Source: Catajapyx aquilonaris
Taxonomy: Eukaryota
Length of the DNA: 63,357 nt
Assembly (NCBI GenBank): GCA_000934665.2
Contig: JYFJ02002089.1
Coordinates: forward strand, 1 to 63,357
Reading direction: 5' to 3'
Part shown: positions 50,994 through 63,357 of the stretch, piece after piece
Position numbering within the stretch: the first letter of the stretch is position 1
Layout of the letters: every line of letters starts with the position of its first letter
Program-made: the position numbers and the translations under genes
Notes under the pieces: model-generated
Databases searched by the model: none
What the model saw: only the letters and a program-made list of their open reading frames with translations
What the model was told of the DNA's origin: nothing

Positions 50994-53900
50994 CTAAAAT
51001 TAATATCAAAATTAGTAGCTGCATGTAAATAATAAAAATAGAGGATCTACCTCAGCGCTCTCCATATCTGTGACTGAAGTGGCAGTTGATTTGTCCTTCT
51101 TTTTGGGCAGGAAGCTGCTCAAACGGTTTGTGAGCTTTTGAGGCTTCTTGTCCACTACATCATGACCAGTGCTTTCGGTGTCACTGCTGCCAGGAATTAC
51201 ATGTGTTACATATGAGCACTAAAACTATGAATCAGTTTCTGAACATGCAAAAGGTTTGTGAAAATTACGTGGATTTTCACCATAGCAAGAGAGCATGGCA
51301 TTAACTCACTGATTCAAGACTAAAAGTTATTCAGCTTTTGAATGCTCTGCTGTATAATCATGTATATCAATAGCCAAACTGGCACACTACAGTACATTAC
51401 AATTTCCACTTGTTACAACAAACTACAACAATGTTTTATGGCTTTCGGGTTTCACATGCAACATATTGCATAAACATACACTTACACTTTGCATGTGATA
51501 AAATTCTCATGCTCTGAACATGGCTGGCTACAGAACAGAAGAAGGCATTGTGTTTAGGAAGAGAACCAGTGTTAGTTGCCCTAACCCCATAAGTACACAC
51601 TGTCAATTCCGAAAAGCTACTTGAGGTGTTCAGAGAAAAGTATGTTGATCTCAATAGTGTGCCTCATTTATTTTACGGGCACCAAAACCATTCAACTCTA
51701 ATCTTGAAACTTCTCAATTGCAAGAAAGTGATCTCACCTTTCCTCTTAACATCTCGTAAACACTGTATACAATATCAGTCATTAGGTTGCACCCATTAAA
51801 CACTCACTACAGTATACATGGAATCCATCAAGTCATGCAACAAGATTTCCTTCAATCATTTTTCTCTCATTTGCTAGCACAGCACTGTCATGTCTGATAT
51901 CAATTGCAACACAGTGTTCACTGTGAAGCTTCTCCCATCAGACAAACCAGTGACATCCCATATCAGATGGGTTTCGCCCAATATAGTCTGACTTGTGAGT
52001 GGAATCAACCAGCAAGCATTCATACCCTCTAGCCAAATATGTTGAATGCTTGTGGCACCAGTCAGAATGATGGGAAAATGGCAGTTGCAACAATAACCAA
52101 GAGCCTCAGATCAAGTTTGAATTATCCACAGGTCAGGCCACGAGATATCAAGTCAGGGACCCTACAGTCCTGGCAACGAGAGAACAATCTGACGTCACAT
52201 CAGCCGCGTCTTCTGAGCATGCACAGTAGTATGCTTGCAGAGCAATTGGGGGCCATGATAGGAGGGAAGAGCCGGCTGGAGGCGGGATTGAACAGGTCAT
52301 ATCGTTTTTTAATTTAACGGACTTGACTCCATTTCTGGATGCCAGAAAGGCCCTGCACAGGATTTTTTGTCAGGGGGATGGACCAATAATACATTGTATA
52401 CTGACAGGTCCCGACTCTCAGCCAAGTAAGCTAATGATTTTTTTAAACCTCTCTGCCCAAGCCCCCAAAACTAATGACAATTTTCCCAGAACTGATTATG
52501 CATCAATACATAATGACTCAGCAGCCAATGTGGATGTACAGTTTATGATCAGGCGTGCACAGCACCCACTGCACCACCATCTGGATTTTTGGCTCATTTA
52601 ATTCAGCTAAAAAATCAATAAAATGTTGAAATATTTTTACCCATCTGGGTTGTTCATGAATATTACATGCAAAAAAATATAGCCTATTGCTAATGCACAA
52701 TAATAACGATACTTTTTTTTTAAATCACAACTTTTCTGGGAAACTATTTCAATTTGGTTCTGTCGAAGACCAATCCGAAATGACCAAAAAATATGGTATT
52801 TCCAAGTTGTTCTCCACCACACAAGGTCAGGTCTATCCATCATACCATATTTACACAAATCTGAGACACTTTTTGTCTTTGAAAGATACAGGAAAAAGTA
52901 GGGTCCGTCTTAGAATCAGGTACTGGTACAAAGTTTCTTCCATAGCTCACATTTGACTACTTAAAACTAAGGACACGACTTAGAATCGAGTAAATATGGT
53001 ACTGTACTCCACAACAATTACCAAGGGTAGTGCCAGAGGAGTTAATTGCAAATAGAAGGATCAAAACAATACAACTATTTGAGGGGTATGGTGGAAAAAC
53101 GTGACAACCCACGAGAGTGGAATTTTTCAGGAGAGCGAATTGAAGTTTGCACTCTTCTCACAAATCATAGGGAATGTGGGTGTTGATTTAGTCCGCGCTG
53201 CCGTATCATGCATGATACGTGAACTTGGAGTATACCAAACTGTTTGTCATGGCTTTTACATGGTTGCTAGGTGTTCAGGTTAAAAATGACACAAATGAGG
53301 GTTGTCACGTACTCCCACCACAACTTCTTTTTTCTCTTCTTTTTACAAATACGGCCAAATGGTACTTACATTTGGCAAGCTGTAATATAAACTAATACAT
53401 CTTTATATGTATACACCCACTCTCACATGGGCTGTTGATTAAAAAGTTTCTGGTAGGTGTTGCTTTGTCACTAGTTACTCCCACAGAGTTACAAGTAAAT
53501 AAGTACTATCGGGTTCAAATACGTTTGGCCCCTTTATCCTGGTCTTGAAGCAACCCTCCACACACACACCTCCTTAACGTGGGGTCTGTGCAAAGGGTTG
53601 CTTCAAGACCAGGATAAAGTGGCCAAAAGTATTTGAACCCAACAGTAAATCACAGAGACTACTGATGCCAAATTTACTACCAGACACGATTCTTCTATGT
53701 AGCACACGAGAGAAAAGCCTTATTGTTTACAGTTACCCTGTGAGGGCCGATTTCGCCAATACCGGTTTTATCATAAACAGGTCTTGGTGAAACCGGCCCT
53801 CAGATTAGTGATTAGCCCAACACCAATAGATTCCATACCAAATGTAAGTGAAGATAAATTATGACATGAATTAAAATGTAGAAGATATAAAATACACTTA

Positions 53901-56900
53901 CGATTCTCTATCCATTTTTCGTTGTGAATCTGGAATTGAAACCAAACCTGTCAGAAAACTACCAGAAATGTCTAAGAACACAAACTATACAATTCTCTAG
54001 ACATAAAATGACAAATTCGTCCCTCTCTCCATCACAGACAATATATCAAAAAGGGATAGTTTAAAGGCAAGCAACAGCCAGAAATATTACATATTTGGTC
54101 TCAAAAATGAGTACGAATCATGCTTAACTTTATCCAGGGAGAGATAACTACTGCAAAAAACAATTAGTACAACAATGCTAAGCCAGCATTGGAACCATCC
54201 ATGCAAACAACAGTAGAACCAATTTGAAAAACCTGGTTTAAAAACATTACAAACTTTATTGCTCCATATTTCATTTCATTTTTTTTTCAGATTTTTCTGT
54301 CAGTGTACACTTATGCTGAGATTCCATTTGAAATTTCTGGAATGCACTGTTAGGTTCTTGTTCAGACTTGTAAGTGCACAACCACCACAGTTTGAGCCAA
54401 AAAAAAAAACACTCATCTTGCAGCCACAAAAATTCTCCAAGTGAGACAGACTGTACAATAAAAAATAGCATTGCATTCTGCCCCTAGGATCTGTGGTAGT
54501 TGCGCAGGATAAATAACAAAATGCATTCAACATCGAGCATCCTTATACACACCTACTATTCTATTTAAAAAACACCAGTCAAAATATGGGTCCATCTCTC
54601 ATAAAAGCCATCATGCTCCACCAAAAGGGATACAAATGATCTTAAAATCAGGTCGGGTGCATACATCATTTTCTTATGAAAAAAGCTTTTTAATTTGCTC
54701 CGTTATAAAATAAACTAAAGGGCGAGGAATGCAAATGAATCCTCATGCTGTTTTGCTTGCATGGTAAAAAAATTACTCTATAAATGCTTAGCCCACTAAA
54801 AGACTACGAGAGTCAACTACACCCAAGTACACAAGGCAAAACCAGCTTCTGGTTCATTCACAACTTTCATAAATGGAATGTAACATGATTAGGGGGATTG
54901 TACACATAATTCAAATAAAACACACATTTTACACAGAAATGCATGCTCAACACCCAAGCCAGGAAATTATAAACTTATACATTTTTATATGCACAAGCCC
55001 ATTCATCTAAGTCTCTGGCGCTTTACATCTATTACAACTCAAAATATTTGAAAACCATACTTGTGAGAAGATGCTTTTTTGTCACAATTTTCACCATCGA
55101 AAAAATACCACTTTTACGTTGCACATCTTGGCTATGGCACCTTTTCAATTATTTTCTCATTGGGAATAGTCATCTGCCATTATTTTAATACTGATCTGTG
55201 CTTTTCTCTCTGTCTCTCTGCAAAAACTGCCACAGAAAACGTGTCCCTGAGAAAGCAAAAATCTGTGGATTTTTGCCACCTCCTTTTATTTCAAAATCTA
55301 CACACAAGCAGCCTTACATTCAGATGCACTATGAGGAGGAAGAGAGTCAGTGGCCAAATTGTTACACCTCACTCCAAATCATAAGTGATTTTCGTTACTT
55401 AAAACATGAAGACTTTGCAAGGGTTTTCTAAAAAAAATTACCATACCTGAAGCACAGTAAAAAAGTGTAAAACAGTACGCAAAGAGTTGGGAAAAAACTT
55501 AACATTATCAGAGTCTCCACTTCGCTCCCTTTTTTTAAAAAAACTAAAACCAACAAAAGTAGGGGTGTCCTGACACACGTTCCAAGTACCACCAGGGCCG
55601 ACAAAGTTGTGTGCATGGAATGTAATAACAAAGAAACATGGAATATCAAGGCGAGCTATTTTTGATTGGCAAGCCTACAAGTAAATGTATTCTTTAGAAA
55701 CCCGAGAACTAGGCCATGTTACGGCAAAATGTTGCATGTACCAAGCCAAAATGGACGACCAGTAACACAGCAATTGCCATGCATGTCTTGAGAATGTTAC
55801 ATCCCAAGGGCGAAAGCTGCGTTATCAAGTCATGCAAATATGGGGAACAACTCAGATGAAAAAAACTTCATTTTCAACCAGTGCAGGCTGTATATGGCAT
55901 CCCACCAGCTGTGGTCTTTTTTTTTTGCACTACACATTAGAGCATTTTCATGATAATGACACCCTCCAGTGCAAGTAGCACTGTTCTATACTTGTCTATC
56001 ACATATCACTTGAGTCAGAAAAATGGTTTCATGCATTTGGAAAGGATTTGGTGCAGTCCAAGTGTTATCACCCCTCCTCAAAGTGTCAGAAAAATCATAC
56101 CACACCAACAATACTTATGACCCCTATGGTAATCATTGGTACATACAACATTACGCCAATAAAGGAACTTAGGTATATATACTGTATATATTTTTGGAAG
56201 AAAGCACATTCGAGGGTTTCCCAAATCCCCTATCCTTGACAATGCTAACTTTTTAATCTCCACTAAATTCATAGCCAGTGAGAATCATCACCTCTCATAC
56301 CAGATGGTAAAAAGAACGTCTTATCAAAACACCCCTCAATAATATAATCACTACATGTGCAAAACACAAGTGACACAAGTCCATTACTCTGGAATGTTAT
56401 ATTACAGATCTGGAAAATCTTAATAAATGCTGAACAATGTCAAACGGAAGTGAAACCCAAGTTGTTAGTAGTAGATTTTTTTTTCCTCATATTTGTAGCA
56501 TCACAAGCTTCAGGTGGCCCACAGCAGTTTTTAAAACAAATAACATCAGCCTATCATACAACAGGTTACATATTGGCTGAATAATGTTGGCAGTGAACAT
56601 TAAACTTTACATTTGGCCACATTAGATCACATTTAAGTACTCCAATAAGATGTGCCCAATGACCAAACAACTTAACTAATTCGAGGGGAAATGGGGGTTT
56701 GGGGGGAGCTGTTTGCTCTTCAACGAAGCAGTTNGGAGAACAATTAGCACGTAAAATACCAAAGACAACGGAAAACGTCAGCTTTGCGTCACAACCAATC
56801 AACATTCCTTCAAAATAAACTTACGAATTGATCCCCAATTAAAAATCTTTGACATGTATAGGTAACCATGAATATAAAACTGGAATAAAAACCAGCTTTG

Positions 56901-59900
56901 ATGACGCATGCCTCATTCTAACAACGTTACATTTTAAAATATATACTCATATTTATATATTATATAGACTTTTTATACATGTCCACTCTTGTTTTTATAA
57001 AGTTTGGGTGAGTAACAGATGAGAAAAGGGCTGGGACTCGCCTTAAATCCAGTCCTGTCCATAGTTTTTGTCATTTAAATTGAGCTAGGATTAGTCGTGT
57101 TAACAATGGTTTGAACACAGTTTGCTTTGTTGCGATCATCCTTTGGTCAATGTTTTTCAATTAAAGAAGGAACAGATTTAAGAGTTTCCAAACTTAGCTG
57201 CACATGTTCATTTCCCAGCCCTGTCATTTTTTAAAAACATGATCACCTACGTTGTGAGCAATGAGCAACTCTGATTAATAAAACTTGGATTTTGTATATA
57301 CTTTTTTTCACTATGAGGGAAAAGTACTGGTTGTCGACAACTTTGCTATGTGATGCTTTTTTTCTCTTTTCCTTACGCTACAGAGATTCACAACACAACC
57401 ATTATCTTTGAAACAATTTCTCATATAACTTATCGTTCTTACAAATTAGCATATCTTTTTTTAAATATTTACAGTCACGAGTACCTGTATTCCATACCAG
57501 TAATTACATATTAATTGTATAAGTACTTGCTTGCCTAGCACATGGAATATTGGAAAATTTTTTAAAGTTTTAAGTTCTCACTTGTATTAACTTGGAATGA
57601 TCTGTTCAGTTTTATACATCGCAACAATTAAAAAAAAGACTTATGCTTGTCACAATACGTTACTTGAGACCCTTCACGTAAAAGCAACAATGGAAAAAAA
57701 TTAGGAAACTACCATCAAACGTTTGACCTGCTTAAACTCCTCCATACTTCTTTTTTTTTGCCTTAAATAATGAGCACCCCCCTTTTATCCCCATGCAACT
57801 TGTTAACGGTTTGGAACCTTCACACTAAGTAAAATCCTACTTAATAGTTCAGTTGGCATCTTTTTTTAAAACCTTGCCATAATTTTTCCACTCCAGTTGT
57901 GTCCCTCGACGATTATTTCTCCATTCTTCGTAGTATTTCTTTTATATGTAAGTTCCTGTCTTCTATGTTGCCTCCAGTCATCTTCACTTTATTTTTCAGA
58001 TCTCGCTCTCAGATCTCTTCTTTGCTTCATCTGTTTTTAACTTGTGTGTCCTGTACTGTATTTTTAAGTACATTTTTTTTGTTTCCTTCGGCATTATAAT
58101 TTTTTACACAGGGCTGTCTTTAGGGGTGGGCATCTGCTTGACATCGGTGGTTCCATTCACGTTAACGGTGGAGTCAGAGTCTGGAAGGTCCTGCTTTTCA
58201 TCAACCGCAGTCTGATTGGCACTGGGGTTGTCTGTGCCCTCAGCATCTGGCGGCGGCAGGTCCGCGCCAATCTTTGCCTGGCTACTAGATTGCCCCTTAT
58301 TCACGTCTCGGGCTGAAACAAGAAATAACAATTAGCTGGCAAGTGCTCTCTCTCTTTCGCCCCCAATTGAAAAGTTAGCAGAAGGGGTATAAAAAATTTA
58401 TTTTACATGATGATAAATAACAATGTTCCCTTGTTCCCTAGACTGTCTTTCTACATAACTGCCATTGCAGGTCACTTTTGGCCACAATTGAACCAGTGTG
58501 GATCCCCATCCACACAAAAATCTAATTTTTCCTCTCCTGATAGACTATCTTACAAAGGCTGTTGAAAGGCCAACATAACACATACTTTACATTAGAAGCC
58601 AAGTTGGCATGAAATTCTCATTACATCACTTCTAATGTAAATTAACATTACGGGGACATTGGCAGCTTCCAGCTGGCTTATGTCAGCTTGGAGTAAAATG
58701 TATTTATGCCATTATGTGGCCAAGATCGACATAAAATGACACCCACTGAAACGTCCCCAGCTGCTTGTGTGACTTACAAAATCTTGCGGCCAAATGCTAC
58801 TCAGATTAATTGGCAAATATATATATTACTTATGGATTAAAACCTCTTGCATGTACATGTATTATAGTTCCCTGCCTTTTTCTATCCTCGTTCATTAGAT
58901 CTTAATATGTACTTTTTCATTTATATTTTTTTGGAACCTAACACCAACACTTGCCCATGTTATTTCTTGTTCAGTATAAATAACACTTCATCCCTGGAAC
59001 ATTTCTTGATTTAGCAATCATGATGCATCCCTGCATTTTCTAAGCAGTACTGTTGAACTACCAATAACACAAGTTAACATGTGAACATTCAAGGGATGAA
59101 TGACTAGAGTATTCCAATGTTGGGACATTTTTGGTTAACGAAAAATTCTGTTACAATCCAATCAGTATTACATTTTCGTTAAGGAAACAACACACCACAA
59201 GATGCTTCATACAAGTGATCGTTGCAATCTACAATCGGCTAAAACAGCAGGTTACAGCATTACCATAAACCAACACTTTCCACACATGCAATAATTTTCT
59301 CATCCAATGCACAAGCTGGTCGAGTACAACTTTTACTGTTTTTTTGGTCCAGATAATTCTTCTTGCATCCAATTATTATTACATTGGGCCAAAGTAAGTT
59401 ATTATTTTCAGCCACCACCTGTGCACCACTACCCTGGAGCAAATTAAAAAATAGCAAAAAACTGACATAGTTATGTTCATCACCCTGCACATCAATTTCC
59501 ACGCAACTACTTTGACTAAGATGGAGTGGAGGAGAAAAATTCCACCCTCACTCTCAAATTCTCACAGCTATTTTTTCAAAGATTTCACACGACTGCTGAA
59601 AAATCCAATTTGGTAGGCGAGAAAGCTACTCACCTGGTGGTCTTGAGATGAAATTAGTACTCAATATGAACATTGGTTGAGACCTGAACCCTGGGGTTAA
59701 TCCTGTCTTTATCAAAAATCACACGCACATCTCTCTCAACAAAGGAGTCCACTCCATGGTAGCAATACTCTACCATTAATTACCGTATCTACCCGGTAAA
59801 AAATTTGCAAAGAGCAATGATGGGGAGTTGGTGTGCAAATAATGATCCCTACATTGGCATAGCTAGACATTTGCAGCAACAAGTGACTCATCACAAACAG

Positions 59901-62258
59901 CATTGCAAATAGTTTTCTGCAGATCCCCACTGCTTGAGGTCTCAGAGAGTAACATCTTATTTTTCATGGCACTTGTGAACTTAATTAAGTTACATCTCCT
60001 TACCAACAGCTGTAAAGTTATTTGTTGCTCCCAACATTATTTTATGCAGCCCAACTCCAGAGAGATGCAGTTCTGGGTAGATACGGTACCAAAAACACAA
60101 ACCCAGCATAAAGTCACCACAAAAAATGGCTTTGAGAAATATAGGTGAAGGTAACTGAAAATGACACTTACCTTTAAAGCACCACCTCCCAGTAGCTCTA
60201 GCAAACACCAATAGTGCAATGATTAAAAGAAATGCTGGAATGCCAATCACAATTCCCACTATGGCACCGGCAGCCAGTCCTGCAAAGTGGTTGTGAATAC
60301 AATTTAACCCTGTAATACCCAAGGAGGGAATCGTTTGTAATTCAAATACCCTGCGATATCCAAGGAAGAGGTAAACTTTTGTAATGGTAACAACAAATAA
60401 TATATATATATATACATACGTACAGCCTGTAATACCCATGTAATTGTTTACATGGGACATTACAGGGTTAACTTGCATTTTCTACTAAAAAAACAATAAA
60501 AGAATTGACATGGCAACTACGGTATAGTTGGAGATGGAAAAATGGAGACGTACCTTGGGGAGGCGCAGCTTCTGAAGATATTTTTATATAATAGGTTCGA
60601 AATCCAAACTCATTGGTCACGTCCATTTGGAACTGACCGTTCACGTCGCTCTCTTCCACTGGGTCCAATGTCAATTGCATTTCGTACACACTGTGCTGAA
60701 AGCAGAAACAATATAAACATTAACAACAATATATGCAGCATAGTCTCAGTTCCAAGCATGACATGCGGATGCCATCCATTGAAAATAAAACCTCTTTCAA
60801 ATTCACTCACACCCCTGTTACACAAGGAAAGTGCCAGTCCCTCTGATTCACTAAAAAGCCATGTAATACAATGAAATATATTGATGGGGAAGTTTTACCC
60901 CTTTTGTTGCATGAGGGCACCTCCATGCAAGTTTGAAAAGCCGGGAGGTTCCAGAGGTGCATTCTCGGATGTCAATTGACTACAAGTTGGTATGCAAAAC
61001 AATTACGTCACACAAAGGTTAGGTTGAGTCCCCCCAACCAGTCAAAGAAAGGTCCCAGTCAAGAGACCCAAGAGTACTTTTTTATTTTTGCACACAAGGA
61101 TTTCTTTCCCGGCGCTATTACCACTTGATGCCAGTAAACATTTCAATTCAGGCTTCATCAATGATATGTAAAATTATCCTTAACTAATGAAAAGACATAC
61201 AAGGATGGACAAGACACATTGTCATTTCTACATCAGTAAGCAGAGTTTCTTGGTTTTCAAAGAGGTCTCATTGGCATTTCCAAAAAGAGTACTTCTTACC
61301 CCCTTGCTCTGTGGCCTGTTGGATGAGATCCGTTTGTCCTGTGACACTGCACGATTTTTCAGCTGCTCTCCATTAGGGAGGGTCCAGACAACATTTGGAA
61401 CTGGGTTGGAGGTCACGTTGGCACGTATGGTCCCAATCTGGCCGTTTATGAACCCATACTTTGTTGTTGTCTGCTCATTCCAAGGTTGAGGGGGAACTGA
61501 GCAATAAACATAGAAACAAATGTTGATCCCCTACTCACACCTTTTACTACTCAAGATGCCCGTTCAACAATGCACCAATGCACACCAAACCTGCCACACT
61601 GACAAAAAACCATCAAAACAAAGCCTAATCCACATATAAGCATTTAATAATTCTACACCACAATATTATATGGCTGCTTCCTAATGCAAAGAGAGAATAC
61701 CAAGTGAAGACACAGTATGCAGATATGACCTTTGCTTAACCTCAGTGCAATAGCCTACTTCCTATTAGGTTCATGAAGTGGAGTTGTGATAATTTCATGA
61801 TTCTTTTCTGCACTGTGTACATTTAGGACCACTTGGGATAGTCAAAAGCTATATCAGTATGTCAAAATTCCAAACTCAGTTGTGTATAGTAGTTGCAGTT
61901 GGTGGTTACAATTTTTAAAGTGCACATGATGATGTAAAGTGCTGCAATGTCAAGAAATTTTGTTAGGTTCTATGTAGCATGTTTGGCTTGCATAGATGGA
62001 ACAAACAGTGGTGATTTGATCAATCAGATACCCCTGCATTGTTGAATGACTTACAGTTGACCAGGATCTCAACTTGGGTGAAGTTCGCATCAGCTGATGT
62101 GAATGCAGGGTGAGAAGCAACACATCTCAGGCGCCTCTCATTGTCATCTGGGATGAAGTAGCCAGAGAAGTTCTGAGTAGTCATGTAGCCTTGGTCATTA
62201 CCAAGGGGCTCGTTCACTACTTCGCTCAGCCTGTCCCTGCCAATCACTGGGTAGTCAT
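50790..62258 (-). CDS. Fas3: Fasciclin 3-like Ig cell-adhesion protein, 3' portion. Exons 62258-62055, 61496-61300, 60695-60554, 60279-60172, then either 58312-58104 or 53929-53902 + 51186-51051 + 50993-50790
   Basis: Phase-consistent GT-AG exons; Ig-like segments (LRCVASHPA; NVTSNPVPNVVW; MDVTNEFG); TM helix followed by FARATGRWCF; cytoplasmic SDTES, VYAELDL and TEYAEI, all recalled as typical of arthropod Fas3. Confidence 0.88.
51051..51186 (-). CDS. Fas3: Fas3-like cytoplasmic exon (SDTESTGHDVVDKKPQKLTNRLSSFLPKKK...)
   Basis: cctggcag|CAGTGAC (NAGNAG acceptor) ... GCTGAG|gtagat; phase 2 to 0. Confidence 0.82.
52845..52999. mobile_element. degenerate Tc1/mariner (pogo-like) MITE with TA TSD
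   Basis: TA|ccatatttacacaaatctgagac ... gacttagaatcgagtaaatatgg|TA; repeated cttagaatc motif. Confidence 0.6.
53080..53328. mobile_element. degenerate TIR element
   Basis: tggtggaaaaacgtgacaaccc is inverted relative to gggttgtcacgtactcccacca. Confidence 0.35.
53506..53645. mobile_element. palindromic MITE with TA TSD
   Basis: TA|ctatcgggttcaaatacgtttggcccctttatcctggtcttgaagcaaccct ... agggttgcttcaagaccaggataaagtggccaaaagtatttgaacccaacag|TA. Confidence 0.85.
53744..53799. mobile_element. 56-bp mini-MITE or hairpin (Harbinger-like termini)
   Basis: gggccgatttcgccaa ... ttggtgaaaccggccc. Confidence 0.45.
53902..53929 (-). CDS. Fas3: Fas3-like 28-nt microexon (DSQRKMDRES)
   Basis: caattccag|ATTCACAA ... 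GAATC|gtaagt; phase 1 to 2, needed to join the TM exon to the SDTES exon in frame. Confidence 0.7.
54255..54260 (-). promoter_or_regulatory. candidate polyA signal for the Fas3 PDZ-tail isoform
   Basis: AATAAA on the minus strand at the end of a U-rich stretch downstream of exon A, about 330 bp before the microexon; a nearer one is at 57988-57993. Confidence 0.3.
58104..58312 (-). CDS. Fas3: Fas3-like alternative terminal exon A, ending in class I PDZ-binding motif DSPV*
   Basis: ttcttgtttcag|CCCGAGAC; phase 1; GC-rich open frame ARDVNKG...AEGTDNP...KDSPV-TAA followed by U-rich UTR-like sequence. Confidence 0.8.
60172..60279 (-). CDS. Fas3: Fas3-like transmembrane exon
   Basis: tttgcag|GACTG ... 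AAAG|gtaagt; GLAAGAIVGIVIGIPAFLLIIALLVFARATGRWCFK. Confidence 0.92.
60308..60467. mobile_element. piggyBac-like MITE with TTAA TSD in Fas3 intron
   Basis: TTAA|ccctgtaatacccaag ... catgggacattacaggg|TTAA. Confidence 0.75.
60554..60695 (-). CDS. Fas3: Fas3-like exon: C-terminal half of the membrane-proximal Ig domain
   Basis: gctttcag|CACAGT ... CAAG|gtacgt; HSVYEMQLTLDPVEESD...MDVTNEFGFRTYYIKIS; phase 0 to 1. Confidence 0.88.
61300..61496 (-). CDS. Fas3: Fas3-like exon: N-terminal half of the membrane-proximal Ig domain
   Basis: gctcag|TTCCCCCT ... AAGGGG|gtaaga; FPPQPW...YGFINGQIGTIRANVTSNPVPNVVW; phase 1 to 0. Confidence 0.88.
62055..62258 (-). CDS. Fas3: Fas3-like exon: C-terminal half of an Ig domain (probably Ig2)
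   Basis: ctctttcag|ATGACTAC ... AACT|gtaagt; DDYPVIGRD...DNERRLRCVASHPAF; phase 1 to 1. Confidence 0.88.
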
Positions 62259-62744
62259 CTGAAAGAGGAATACAAAGAGTGCCAGTAGGAAAATTATTTG
62301 ACAAAATGATTGGTCGGTATCTGTTTCTGATCAGTAGCACAAGTACTAATGAAAAAATACATAATTTTTAAGAGCTGGTAACGGTCAGTTTTGCTTGCCA
62401 GTAGTAACTTCCCCCTTACACACAAATGACCCAAATCATCTGATGACAAAGCAAACCAAGGCCTGTATTTAACAGTAGCAAAACCATATCTTTCTCAGTA
62501 TTCACCATAATATCAATGTTAAATATATGCAAATACAGGTTAAAAGCACTTCAATTTTGGTTTAACAGTTATAACTGTGTGCTTATGTGCAAGTTTCAGG
62601 CCATATGCATCAATAAGCTAGGTATGTTACCCAAACTCTACATCTTTCTGAGAAAGCTACGACAGTATTTCAAAACAAAATAATGTGCCATGCGGCACTA
62701 GAGGGATGCACGACCTCTCCAAGTAAGCCATGAACTTTCATTCC

Positions 62745-62975
62745 TATCAGATACTTCTAGAGCTTGTGGAGGGGTCATAATAGATCACTTTTTGCCTCAG
62801 AACTCATGTCCGGAAATTGCGTTGTTTACATGTTAAAGCTTATTAAAGCTTATAATGTCCCAGGTGCCGCCTGTACACAGGATAGGTCAATTCATACATA
62901 TCAGAAACTCCTCAAGCTTGTGGAGGGGTCAGAGTAGACCGTTCTTTTTCTTCTAGGAACCCATGGGCGGAAATG
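62745..62975. repeat. diverged direct repeat (two units of about 70 bp)
   Basis: atcaga..agcttgtggaggggtca..taga..cggaaat occurs near 62746 and 62900. Confidence 0.55.
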
Positions 62976-63049
62976 TCCGGATTCTCTGGTTGCATCAATA
63001 TCAGACTTTCTTTCAATAGGCTGTGGGGAAGAACATGTTGCATTACTCA

Positions 63050-63122
63050 CAGGGGCGGATTACCCATAAGGCCACACTAGGCCATGGCCTAGGGCGGCAT
63101 ATTTTGAAGGGCGGCAACCGGC
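63050..63122. mobile_element. possible hAT-like terminus
   Basis: caggggcggattacccataagg..ggcctagggcggc resembles hAT 5' ends; the other end is not seen. Confidence 0.35.
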
Positions 63123-63357
63123 AAGTTTAAATAAAGCAATATTATATCAATATATTAAGCAACGCAGTATTATTATTCATATTATATTAGCAAGTATTTT
63201 CGATCCAGTCAGACAGCTTTTGGAGACAGATAATAAAACAGTTACAGGCTGCAGACGGCTGCTTACTGTAGCATGCAGTTCTAAAAGCCAAATGTGCAGT
63301 TCTGAATAAGGATTTGTGCAGTCACATAATAGCAGACAAGTCTGTTATATCCGGATT

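Noticed and set aside
62880..63022. Possible further Fas3 exon starting at the minus-strand acceptor at 63021
   Set aside because: All three frames hit stops before a suitable donor and the region is a diverged direct repeat.
1..63357. CRISPR arrays, rRNA genes, operons or autonomous transposase/reverse-transcriptase ORFs
   Set aside because: None seen; the window is spliceosomal-intron-containing animal DNA with only non-autonomous elements.

Overview
Eukaryotic (arthropod-like) genomic DNA with two convergently transcribed, intron-rich Ig-superfamily genes and many small transposable elements; no prokaryotic-type systems are visible. (1) Plus strand: a roundabout (robo) Slit receptor. Eleven phase-consistent GT-AG coding exons from 18553 to 39905 encode about 1244 aa: 5 Ig, 3 FN3, a TM helix and a cytoplasmic tail with CC0, CC1 and CC2-like motifs. 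The signal-peptide exon was not found, so 1-18.5 kb is probably a large 5' intron. An alternative last exon is possible at 40355-40482. (2) Minus strand: the 3' part of a Fasciclin 3-like gene (62258 to 50790; its 5' exons lie beyond the right edge). It has two alternative cytoplasmic tails: a short one ending in a PDZ-binding motif (DSPV*) and a long one carrying SDTES plus tandem ITIM/ITSM-like motifs. The region between the two 3' ends (41.6-48.3 kb) and several introns hold MITEs (TA, TTA and TTAA target duplications), a 1-kb foldback element, tRNA-derived and V-domain-like SINEs sharing a 3' stem-loop, and a short RTE-derived retroposon nested in a MITE. Most short ORFs in the supplied track are not supported as genes. 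All exon and repeat boundaries were read by eye.
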